A stretch of 63,088 nt of DNA, the filler included, from Choristocarpus tenellus KU-1152 (taxonomy: Eukaryota; Protista; Phaeophyceae), in the NCBI GenBank assembly GCA_964200185.2. It is 12 parts of 12 records of this genome, joined end to end, with 100 filler letters (N's around TTAATTAATTAA, not from the genome) between each part and the next. Parts side by side here need not be neighbours in the genome. Positions count along the whole stretch, not along the records: positions 46,862 to 55,747 come from CAXNAD020004224.1; positions 55,848 to 60,349 come from CAXNAD020014257.1; positions 60,450 to 63,088 come from CAXNAD020026050.1; 9 more parts are not named here. One strand, written 5' to 3'. The translations under genes and the position numbers were made by a program. Under the pieces are notes generated by a model. It made no database searches. It was not told where the DNA came from and saw only the letters and a list, made by a program, of their open reading frames with translations. Within the stretch, counting starts at the first letter, position 1; each line of letters begins with the position of its first letter. Below, one piece after another: positions 52,045 through 63,088 of this stretch.

Positions 52045-52394
52045 AGACATTGATGGCACATATGACCTCACAACATATCACTTCTTCTTCTTAATCAGTA
52101 ACTAGGAATACTGTAGTTGCGCACAACTGCGGAATGGATAGCATGGTGTAATGGTTTGGAAGAATGATGTTGGGATACATGAAACAGGAGAGGTGGAGAG
52201 TGTAGCTATGGGGTTTAGCAAGTTCATGTGGTACTTTTGTTACGTGAGAGGAGATAGATTGTAAAACAATATGGGGAAATTTGTTGGCCATTCAGTATTT
52301 TGGTAACATATTTTTAGGACGGATTGTATCTTTCATATGTCTCTCATTGTGTATCTTATCTGCTCTTTGTCTCTTTCTATTGCATGTAGTTGCA

Positions 52395-52530
52395 GACTAG
52401 ATCTGTTTGAGAAGTTTGGGATCATGATGGAGGGATGGAGCACACGAACAACCATCCAACAGAACAAGTGGTATGAGAGTGTAGTTGATGGCGCAAGGTG
52501 CTTATGGCGGATTGGCATCCCAAATCTGTG
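52395..52530 (+). mobile_element. RTE-type LINE 3' remnant
   Basis: LDLFEKFGIMMEGWSTRT...KWYESVVDGARCLWR; related to the 37095-37275 fragment. Confidence 0.5.
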
Positions 52531-53716
52531 ATTGTTGCTAATGTACGTCATGCCAAAAGCACTAACTCAGCAGCACAAGCAGATCAGGGCACAAGCACGT
52601 TCACCACAACCACCGCTGCAAACTGAAGTCTTTATCGTTCTATTTCTCTCTTGGGGTATTTGGATCCGTTTCCCCTTTCTTTTGTGTGATGTGTGGTGAG
52701 TCACTTGTGACTCTGTGACGACTTTTTGGGATGCTCAAGGTAGGACATCCTAAAAGTTCAAACTTGGGACTCTTGACAAGAAATGAAATGTTGAGGGCAT
52801 TTGGATCAAGAAGGTGCTGAATAGTGGTTTCTTCTTTGGATTTGAGTTATTACAACAGTGTTGTATGAAGTTCAAGATAACAGAGTTTTGCTTTGAATGA
52901 GACCCGTAGTCCTGTGGTCGTGTTGTTGTTGGGCCTCTCATTGTCATGTTGTTCGCAGTTTGCCTGTGATTCACTATCCTCCGCGTAGAGACATTCCCCT
53001 TCTGTGACCAAACCCAGGTCGAAATGAGGTAGACAGCATGCATGCAGTGTCATTGACGGAAGAAATCCCTCTTGTCGAACCTGTCTTCATCAACCGCTGC
53101 CGCAATGCACAGCGAAACTGTTCTCATGTTGAATCGCTCCCCTTCGAAATCTTCACCTGGCAACAAAGGTATGCTTGTTTGACCGCGCTTCACGCTCCCC
53201 AATCTTCCTCTCCAATCTTGACGACGTTGACGCTGGCGTCTGTTGGAGGTAGACTTGCATGAGGCCTTTATCCTGGCAGTCATAACTTGAAGATAGTCAT
53301 CGACCCTAGCAAGGTTGGCAAGTGCCAATTGCTGAACCTTTCAAGGCACACCGCACCAGGAGTGGGGGGAAATCGGTGTACATGCACTTAGTTGTGCTGC
53401 TCTGCATCTATATTGCTGTGCCGAACACTGGCAGTATGCAATGATCTTTAGATGGATGGACGTGGCATGAAAGAGGGACTGCAATAATATTTTATATTTG
53501 TGGGAACAATGGGTCCCTCCCTCCACCCCGTCTGGGTGAATCATAAGTAGTGTCGGTGTGTCCAGTAAAGTAATCCAGTCTTTGTTTACAGTTAAAGATA
53601 AATTTCACGATTACTAGTTGCTAAGGGTGAGATAACCACTCCAGGTTAGCGCTCAATGGCATGGGCTGCTTGTCCGCCTATTCTGTAGCATCTCCTTGGG
53701 TGAATCCTAACCTATT

Positions 53717-53975
53717 GAGTGAAAGTATCTTAGAGGGTACAAGTTTTGCCTGTTTCTTCATTTTGGGGCTTGGCTTCCCATGAGTTTTATTATGTCATTT
53801 TCCTACTACAAAATGTTTAGGAGTATGTAAAATGTATACCGTATGAAAAGGTGCATCCAGAACATGGATATTGACACTTCCTAGAAAAGGATAGCGAAAA
53901 TTACATCAAAATTGCAACATTGGATTTTGGCCCCCAAATGGACATGGCCCTACCCTCTATAAGATGCTTTGGCTC
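53717..53975 (+). mobile_element. MITE family A, full copy
   Basis: Both TIRs present; 3-bp TSD ATT/ATT. Confidence 0.85.
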
Positions 53976-54810
53976 ATTTCTGATTACTATTCTCTATTAT
54001 ATATTCTGGGATCATTGTACTCATGATTGATAGTTCTCCGCTTCTGTGACCCCTGGTGGTTAATTATGTAGTACTCTTACAAAGTCTCAGCCAGGTTCAG
54101 CGGTCATCAGAGTGATATTCAGATATAAAGTTCTCATAGAGATCTAGTTTCGTTGGTCCACACGGCAAGCACTGCTGACTGCACACAGGTGTAGTAATGC
54201 AAACGCTATACCGGCAAGCGAACAGAGTGGGTGGAACAGCTCGTTTCTGGAGTGACACCATTAGGTGGTGAAGTACAAGGTTCAACAGAGGAGGTGGTGA
54301 TAACTGAATTCGTGGGATAACTGGGGGTGCAATATGTGAGAAACAAGGCTCGCATGAAGGTAGTACAGATAGCTCCTTGTTGGTGGTGAGTAAATGACAG
54401 AGCAGAAGTTAGGTGCAGTAGTGGAATCAAGTTGTAGGAGCCCTGGATATGACTTTGAAAAGGCCGAGCTACTTTGAGTGTAATTGCTACAGAGAATGAG
54501 AAAGAAGAATATGTATTCCCCCTCAAACAACTCCGTAACTCCAATAAACTGAGGAAACCGAAATGTGGAGCAATACATTCCCTTCTTCTTGTTTTCTGGT
54601 TGTTTATCATCTCATGGGGGGCGATGGGGGGGGGTGGGGATAAACACTGAAGTAGCGCTGGTTGCAGAAATGTGGGCCTCTTTGCAGCATATATGCTTTG
54701 AATGGGGATAGAACTAATAAATGCTAATCGTTTCATGCTTTACTCAATCCTCTTACAAATGAATGTAGATGAACAACTACGACTCCTCTGGAATATGTGG
54801 ATTATAATGT

Positions 54811-55073
54811 GAACCGAGGCATTTTAGAGGGTAAGAGTTCTGCCCTGTTTGTCTGTTCGGGGCTTAGATTCCCATGGGTTTTTTAAAAACCTTTCGGTTT
54901 TCTGTGTGAACACTAACCCTAACCCTAAGATGTATACGACTATGAAAGGTGTGCCCGAAGCAAGGATATTGACACTTGCTAACAAACACGATCGCCGAAA
55001 TTACTTGAAAAACGCAACATTGGATTTGTGATCCCGAACGGACGCGGCCCAACCCTCTTACATGCTTTCACTC
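54811..55073 (+). mobile_element. MITE family A, diverged copy with internal telomeric repeats
   Basis: Degenerate TIRs; central hairpin absent, with CTAACCCTAACCCTAA at 54913-54928 in its place. Confidence 0.7.
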
Positions 55074-55136
55074 TAACAGATATCAGGATTTACATCGAGC
55101 ACTCTCCCTTTTCCCTCCTATTGTTGTGTTCCAAGT

Positions 55137-55397
55137 GAGCCAAAGTATCTTAGAGGGTAGAGCCGCATCCATTTGGGGGGCCAAAATCCAATGTTACGAT
55201 TTCAATGAAAAATTTGAAAATCTTATTTGATAGGAAGTGTCAATATCCTTGTTCTGGACACACCTTTTCTTAATGTATACATTTTACCAACTCCGAAAAC
55301 TCTTGGAGCAGGTAAAATATCATAAACGCCTCGAGGGAAGACAAGTCCTGAATGGACAAACAGGGCAAAACTCGTACCCTCTGAGATATTTTCACTC
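55137..55397 (-). mobile_element. MITE family A, full copy
   Basis: GAGCCAAAGTATCTTAGAGGGTA...AGATATTTTCACTC; 4-bp TSD AAGT/AAGT. Confidence 0.9.
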
Positions 55398-55400
55398 AAG

Positions 55401-55444
<44 letters not shown>

Positions 55445-55955
55445 ACACACACATACACACACACACACATACACACACACAAACTTCTGTATTGTCTTGC
55501 TCACCTTTCCCACTTGTTGGGTCATGTGCGCCACTGATCCCAGTTCTACCTTGGTCCCATTCATATTGTTCAACGCTGGGATTGGTTCTGGAGAACGTTT
55601 AACATTGCTGGCTTTACTCGATGATGAAGGGCACTGATGAGCTGATTCTCCTTTGCCACTATTATCTCCCCGACCCACGGGAGATGAATCGCCATCTTTG
55701 TCATCCCTATCACTCCCCACACCCACTTGAGCGCCACCTCTAGAGCCNNNNNNNNNNNNNNNNNNNNNNNNNNNNNNNNNNNNNNNNNNNNTTAATTAAT
55801 TAANNNNNNNNNNNNNNNNNNNNNNNNNNNNNNNNNNNNNNNNNNNNTCATTTTTGTGTTCTTTTTTCATTGTTTCTTCGTGTACTGTAGCACTAAACCT
55901 GATACATACATGCCCCCCCCCCCCCCCCCCCCTTCTCTTCCAATCTCTTTGACAG

Positions 55956-56474
55956 CCACAACAGGCGCCGCCACCTCCACCGCCACCACCACCGCCCATA
56001 CTCAAACAACCTCCCCAAGGGCACTGGACTGGCCATACAAGTGAGGTGCGCAGTGAGAGGCGCAGTATGGTGCAACAGAACATGGACATAGACAGGTACG
56101 TGCTGGAATGGAGGGGTTTCGGTAGTGCTATGGACTGTGTGCTTTGCTCATTTGGGAAATGTCAACTTTTTTTACATCAAAATTTCTTGTGCTGGAATAT
56201 TGTCAAGTTGGGGGAATGCACCCCCAATGCTCTCAGTTGTTGCCAGTAGGGTGGCTTTAAGAGGTGAATGGGGGAAAGAGAAAATACCACTGGTTGACCT
56301 CTTTGTGTTGGCCTGAACAGGCCCCTTCAGCACCAGCAACCTGGATACCAAACGGCATCGGCAGATCCACGTGAACCAAGGGACCCAAGGGAACCAGGAG
56401 ACCCCAGGAAAGCAAGGGCCCCAAGGGAATCAAGAGAACCGCGAGATCCAAGAAACCGGTACAACCGGTCATGA
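55956..56474 (+). CDS. C-terminal two exons of a poly-Pro / DPR-repeat protein
   Basis: Exon 55956-56095 (PQQAPPPPPPPPPPILKQPPQGHW...) splices in phase to 56321-56474 (...ADPREPRDPREPGDPRKARAPRESREPRDPRNRYNRS*). Confidence 0.55.
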
Positions 56475-59467
56475 CAGGGTACAAGATTTGAGAAGTTTGT
56501 TTGGGGATCAGTACGGCTGAGGACGCGAAAGCTGTGTTGCAGCTGGTTCCTTTTTGCTTCCATGGAGTGTACTGTTTTCCTTGAGTTTGTATCAGAAAGA
56601 GGATGGTATTGCCAATGAGATGCATTTGTTTTTTATCCACAACAAGATATGATAGACTGGTTCGCCGTGCTAGATGTTGGGAGTGTTTAGAACAATGCAG
56701 TCCTCCCTTGTAGGGGTAATGTATTGTGAATGTTCTTGCTCTGCGAGTGACATGGAGGTTATTAGAGATACACACCACAATCGAGTCACTAATGTACCAA
56801 CTGCCACTTCCTTGCCAAGCTAGAACAGCAATAGTGCATCAGAGTTATGTGGTTTATGGTGGCATCTGAAGGCCTCTCGCCAACATTCAATTAGTTGCAA
56901 CACATTTATCATGCCCGTAATCAACCTCCAACAACTTTATTTTGCAAGCATTGAAATGGAAACATTGTTACTTGCATTTATGTCACACTTTGATAATGTT
57001 TAGAGGAGGTTTGCATCTAGGTCATGCCCGAGATTCGTGTTTTTGGATCTTGGCTTGCTGGAACAGGGGTGCTCCCTGTATGTAACAGGTCTATATTACA
57101 CATGGTGTTACATCTATGTACAAAATAGATAAAAACAGGGAGCGTATCAAAGCCAGCAGATGGTCAGTCTTGCACTCTTTGCTTCTTCTACATCTACTCA
57201 CTCAAAGTTTTTGTTGCATTGGGCATTGGGTTCTTTCCTATGGGCCAAAGTGATGTTGACATTTACACTATTTGCTCTTGTTTGACATGCCTAACTCCTG
57301 GCTCTTCGAATTTTTGCAATGTCAAAACACCCGAATGCTCTTCTATGAGCGCTGGAAGAGCTTGATTCATTCCTTCTTGGGTAGAGGTAGAAGAGGATGT
57401 AAATGAATTAGAGAGAAGTGAGGATCGAGTCTTCAAGCCTGGAGGGGGGGGGGGTCCCTGTTACCAAATCAATCCTATTTTGTGGATCATTTATCACTAA
57501 TATTACATACTACAATGTTTCCTTTTTCTGAATTCTTCCATGCTCCAGTTCATTAACCCCTTATCTCCTATTCTTCAAAGTACAAACTCCTTCTCTTCCA
57601 TCAACAGATTGTTTCTTGCATTATATAGTTTTCCATAAGAACAGAAGGCATGTTCTTGACACATTCCCCTACTTTAAAACTTTCAGTGAAAAATTCATTC
57701 TATTTTCAACACTCTTGTTGTCTGATGAGAGGAACAGCACCAGTACTCGATGGTGTGGTGAGGATGTCGAATCAGACTTTGATTATGAAGATGAGGAGGT
57801 GGTTAGTAGAACCACATGCCATGCAAGGACTGCAGGAGAGGGTCTGCAACCACTCATCCCACTCACAGTGTGGAAGGTTTGTGGTTTTTAACAGTGAAAA
57901 TGTATCGATGTATCCCACATATGAGAAAAGCCTCCTCACGTGTACATCAATGGGGTGGATGGAAGGATGCTTCACTCACCCAAGATTGTAGAAGGGTGTG
58001 CTGGGTCAAGTTTGATGCAACAGAGATGAACTAGAAAAGAGGTCCAAGAAGCCAGTATGGCAATGGCAGGTTTGGTCATGAGTTTAGGCGATCCAGCAAA
58101 GACAGGTACCGGACAATCAATACAATGCATTTGAGGCACTGAGGAACCCAGTTCGCAAGAGATGGATCACTCAATGTGCAATGTTGAGATCAAAAGCTGA
58201 CAGTTGGTATCTGCCTGCGGCGGAAGATTCGACTATTCCCATCATGCAGTTGAACGATGTTCTGAAGGAAATGAGGTCACTTGAAGAGCATGAAGAGGAG
58301 ATGCAGTTAAGTGCTACACACTATTGCCTTCCTCCTTGAGCAAATGAGGCAAGTTACTGGAAGAGGGTGTGCAGTAAGACTTTGTCTACAAAAGAGAGCT
58401 TGTGAGATGTACAAGTTACTAGCTAGCATATTTTCAACCTGTTTGCCAAGACTTCGTGTATAAATGACTTCAAAAAATATTTCCTGGGTAGAAGAGGATG
58501 TACATGAAGTAAGGAAGAAGGGAGGAGTGACTCTTCAAGCCCAAGGGGAGTGGTCACTCCTTACAAGAAACAACTGCCAACAAGATTATATTTCTAGGAA
58601 ATTTTGTACTGGGTTTTTAAATGTTCACTGTTTTTAAGGGGCTTGTTTGGGCTCCTCCCTTCGGGTACCGAAGCCAGCAATCTTGAGCTTCATTCTATTT
58701 GTAGTAATTACTATTTTGTACAGTCTCACTTGATATCAACTTGATGCCTATGTTTGACAGACCAATCAGGACCATACTATTTTTTTCTTGTCACATAAAC
58801 AAAATTATTTCCCATGCATGTGCTAGGACACATGAGTCAAGGGTAACTATGACTGTGAGTAAAAACAATGCATGTACTGCAGGGAAGAGTAAGGACTTGG
58901 CATAAACGATTATCACCCCTCTCAAGTGGCAATGGAAGAGAGCAGACATGCATCCAGATTGCATCACGATTGGCACTTAAGTATGTAAGCATAGCCACGA
59001 GCAGCACTGAGGGCCCATTTGAGGAGTTTGAAGGACTCCACAACTTCAAAAGGATTTTTGATTAATTCAGAGCAAGGTCCAACACCAATGGGAACCACAT
59101 ATCACACGCTTTCAAGACGGGGATTTCAATCAACGCAACATGAGACAAACCACCAAAAGTCCATTCAAGCTAGGCTTCAGCTGACACACCCTGTACCCCC
59201 CCAACCCTCTCTACCTCAAGGATACTGGTGCAGCAGGCACACCAATCATATGCACCAAGGCTTGACAAAAGAGTGGCAGTTAGCCGGGCTGGCCTGCAGC
59301 ACAGTCCTGTCACATTTTCTAAACACCCAGCCTCACCCCATCAAACATCCATAGCTTGAGTTTGCCTATCAGCCCTGTGAAAATAGTACGTTTTCTGAGT
59401 AGCAGCACCTCAGGATGATTTTTGAATTCTCTTCTTTAATATATACTCTTCTGTTGTACAAAATTGA

Positions 59468-59982
59468 ACAAACGATATCTATTGAAAAATAATCTATGAA
59501 AATATACAAGCTATATTTATTGACAAGTAATCAAGCATGAAATTATACAACCAATCATATCTATTGACAAGTAATCAAGCATGAAATTGTACAACAAACG
59601 ATATCTATTGACAAATAATCAAGCATGAAATTACACAACCAAATCTATTGACAAATAATCAAACATGAAATTATACAACCATATCTATTGACAAATAATC
59701 GGGTATGAAATTATACAACAAACGATATCTATTGACAAGTGATCAAGTATGAAATTATACAACAAACGATATCTATTGACAAATAATCAAGCATGAAATT
59801 ATACAACCATATCTATTGATAAATAATCAAGTATGAAATTAATTATATTATACAACAAACGATTATCTATTGACAAATAACCAAGCATGAAATTATACAA
59901 CCATATCTATTGACAAATAATCAAGTATGAAATTATACAACCATATCTATTGACAAATAATAAAGTATAAAATTATACAACA
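59468..59982. repeat. AT-rich minisatellite, ~40-44-bp unit, ~12 copies
   Basis: ATATCTATTGACAAATAATCAAG(C/T)ATGAAATTATACAAC followed by C or AAACG. Confidence 0.9.
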
Positions 59983-60250
59983 AATAAACAGGCAGTCGAG
60001 ACATTTTCCAAGTACATTATTGTAAAATCTACTATTTTACTATGTGGTAGATGTTTTGCAGAATATACAAAGATCAGAACACACTATATAATACCTTTCA
60101 TTTATATGTAGTATATTTTATATTTTTATGTATACATACCAACCACTATATGTTACACATCATATACTACATAGTACTGTATGTATCAAGCATTGTGTTT
60201 CACTTGAGAAAAAAAATATCGAGGCGATGTTAGTGTAGCATTTTCTTCCA

Positions 60251-60349
60251 GGCTCAAAGTATCTGGGGGTGGGTGGTGGGTGTCCATTTGGGCTTATTTT
60301 TTCCATGTCGCAATTTTTGGGTGATTTGACTGCATACGTCAGGGATGGA
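60251..60349. mobile_element. MITE family B fragment at contig end
   Basis: GGCTCAAAGTATCTGGGGGTGGG...GTCCATTTGGG. Confidence 0.8.
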
Positions 60350-60478
60350 NNNNNNNNNNNNNNNNNNNNNNNNNNNNNNNNNNNNNNNNNNNNTTAATTA
60401 ATTAANNNNNNNNNNNNNNNNNNNNNNNNNNNNNNNNNNNNNNNNNNNNAGTATGGCATCAATAATAGTGCAAGAAAT

Positions 60479-60630
60479 GACCTAAAGTATCTGGGGGGGG
60501 GGGTGGGGGGGTCTACACCAAAGTGTTCATTTTACCAAAACCAGGAGAAGTGCACTTACAATATCCATCCAACGCATGCAACCAAATCACCCAAAATCGC
60601 GACATGGAAAAGTTAGTCCCAAATGGACAG
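60479..60630. mobile_element. MITE family B lacking the right TIR
   Basis: GACCTAAAGTATCTGGGGG...CCCAAATGGACAG. Confidence 0.75.
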
Positions 60631-63050
60631 GGTTATGGCTGAGGTAAGAGGGAGGTGAAAAGGAGCAAGGTGCAGGGTGTATGGTGAAGATAGAACAGTA
60701 ACACTACCAAAGATGGGAACCGTTATGTCCTTGGCACACAAAGTGGAAATACAAAGTGGCGGTGATGAGTGAGATGTAAGTCATCGCTGACAAGCTTAGG
60801 GAAGGCTAGGTTAGATTTGGGAGAGCGAGGGATTGCCTAACTGTAATCTGTTGCCTCCCTTCCTGAGAAGTGTATAAAATAACAATCTAGTTTTGAGTAT
60901 ACTACCTTTCCCTATACTATGCGAAAGGAAGACTGTGCTCAATATCCAAAGGAAATGCATCAAGAAACCCACACTTGCTAATGCTCTGGGCAGTTCTGAA
61001 TTTTTCGTTTGTTAGTTCAATGCCCTGATTATTTCCTTTCCTGCTGGAGGTTATGTGCGATATTCTGAATTACTCTTGGTTGATTATTTAGTGCACGTGA
61101 AGTAAGTGCTGCTTCCATACTAATAATCCACGATGACGACCAAGGACTGACAGTAAAATGTCATGAACTACACTATTCAACCCATAAAATATTCTTCATT
61201 GTCGGAGTGCCAAAGAGTTCTTTGAAGCACACTGAAGGGGTGGGCGGTCTCATGCACAGGCAACCGGTTCACCCATCTCATCTGTGGTATGCAATTTCAG
61301 TGTAGTCCTTCAGTGTACCCTACCTCCAAACATGACGAGCATTTCAGTACAGCACCCTCACTACTTGGAGCAGAAAGTAATAGTAGTGATCCCATAGAAT
61401 CTCGACACCAACTTCATCTTGTGGGCTGATCTTTTTGTGGCTTTGCTTCAGTTTAGGGGAAAACTTCAGTGCTGGATAGAATGTAGCAAATTCAGCTGCC
61501 GAAGTCGTAGGAAGGGTGGTGAGCATAATAGACTATCTCTTGTCTGTTGTTGAGCCCCCTCATATGAAAATGTTTTAGGCCTCTTCCACATGGGTTCCAA
61601 AGTGAGCATTATGAGAGGACAGTCCGTGAAAATGAGGAGATGCACCCACAACTAGTCTTCGAAAAAGGTGAATCTGCATGGTACGGAAATAGAACAACAG
61701 AACTCACATTCCCAAATATCGAAATCTGTCGAATACTTTCATCAAGGGATGCCGACGCTGAGGTTACTCCTGTAAAAGGTCCGCATGATAAATTTCCCTG
61801 CCTCGGGCAATAAATAACAACGGAAGCAAGTGGGTGATAGGGCGCATGGCATTTTTTGAACAGTTTCTCAATCCTAGGAATGATTTGTGCAAAGGTGATC
61901 ATTCGTTGGTCAGTTACCCTGGTTCCCATTCCGGACTTGCTCTTACCATGCTTTCGATTATTGTTTCCTCACCAAGCAAACGCAGGCTGGATAACCTTCA
62001 TCGGCACACTCATCAGTGAACCAATTGAAGTAGGCACTATCAGGGTCTAGGGTGCAGACTGAGTTCACGGTCGATGTGAGACAAATGCTGAGAGGCGTAT
62101 CCTGGACGGGATTGGGATGTTGCAACAAAGAGGAGTTTCCGTATTGTGAGCCTGATGCAGAGGATAGACTTCAGGGTGGACAGAGGAAGTGTTGTGATTG
62201 AACAGGAAATAACAATCGTGTACAAAACTGTCTCGTAGTTCTTTCAGTTTAACCAGATCATTGCACATCTCTTTGCTTGGTTAGGGCTTCCTTAACTGAC
62301 CGGATTGCAAAAATGAAGTGAGTTCGACTGTGATGTTCTTACTGAAATGTTGCATGCGGTAGCAACGTTGAGGTTAACGCCTTTCTTAAAAAAAAAGCTT
62401 GATATACATTCCCGGAATTCATTGAAAGATCTTCAAGCCATTTCCCGCAACACAGGAACTCTTCAACTATGCCTTGCGTCCAGAGTAGCATTGTCACATC
62501 AACTCTAAGATTCCCACAGGGTTTCCTAATGAACGTAGGTGCTCACACATTGCCCCATGTCACCCCACAAATAGGAATGCCACAATACTTTGGGTTTTCT
62601 GGAAGTGAGACCCTGACATATCATATACTTTTGAAGCCCATTTTCCAGGTCATGAGTGTGCTATCCTAGGAAATCAAGAGGAAAAAGAACTTTTTTTTAA
62701 GAACAATATTTACAGTGCCACAGTACACTCTAAACACGGAAAAAGACTGAGGATCGCTCGGGGAGGAAAGAATAATTTGTACACCTCTTGTTCGACCATT
62801 TGAAAAACCTGTGTTTTTTTTTTCTTTTTTAATTTCTAATACTTTCGGTAGGTCCAAATTAGAGGCCCACCTACCCTTCTTCTTCTCTTGGGGGGGAGGA
62901 TGATTGCTATATCTATTGCTACGTTCTACTTGCCCCCTTTTCTTCCCCGAAATGTCATGTGTTAGATCTGGGACGCCATGGTACCTCTGCTTCGAGTGCT
63001 CAGGAGTGCCCCCACCATATTTTTTCGCCCTCTGTAGCCTTGTAATCTGT

Positions 63051-63088
63051 GGCTCAAAGTATCAGGGGGAGGGGGGGGTCTACACCTG
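63051..63088. mobile_element. MITE family B fragment at window end
   Basis: GGCTCAAAGTATCAGGGGG...GTCTACACC. Confidence 0.75.

Noticed and set aside
46862-53550. Fanzor/TnpB nuclease associated with the transposase
   Set aside because: No RuvC motifs (DPG, E-x-x-TS, RD-x-N) or zinc finger were recognisable in the frames I read.
59468-59982. Possible CRISPR array
   Set aside because: Units are essentially contiguous with only 1-5-nt linkers, there are no unique spacers and no cas genes, and the context is eukaryotic.
61344-62340. Coding-like minus-strand fragments
   Set aside because: Multiple stops and no recognisable domain.
1-63088. Functional gene cluster (MGD, WDR60, TTC27, MCM8, Agd3-like)
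   Set aside because: The genes lie on different contigs joined artificially; no linkage can be inferred.

Overview
This window is not one locus. It is 12 short eukaryotic scaffolds joined by artificial 100-bp linkers (44 N + TTAATTAATTAA + 44 N), so adjacency across linkers means nothing. The content (intron-rich genes, MGDG synthase with a hydrophobic leader, dynein-2 WDR60, scattered CCCTAA motifs) fits a photosynthetic, flagellated stramenopile, probably a brown alga or close relative (inference). Spliced genes reconstructed by eye: MGDG synthase, a glutaredoxin-domain terminal exon, WDR60/DYNC2I1, TTC27, MCM8, an Agd3 (CE18)-like polysaccharide deacetylase with a (VTPAP)8 stalk, and the C-terminus of a poly-Pro/DPR-repeat protein. 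Repeats are dominated by two MITE families (A ~260 bp, B ~175-190 bp) with shared termini, 3- or 4-bp TSDs and two self-nested insertions. Also present: an IS630-Tc1-mariner transposase fragment next to a ~2.2 kb degenerate ~62-bp array that reads as 21-aa LRR-like units, RTE LINE remnants and minisatellites. No CRISPR, rRNA or tRNA was seen. All family calls come from motif recognition, not database searches.
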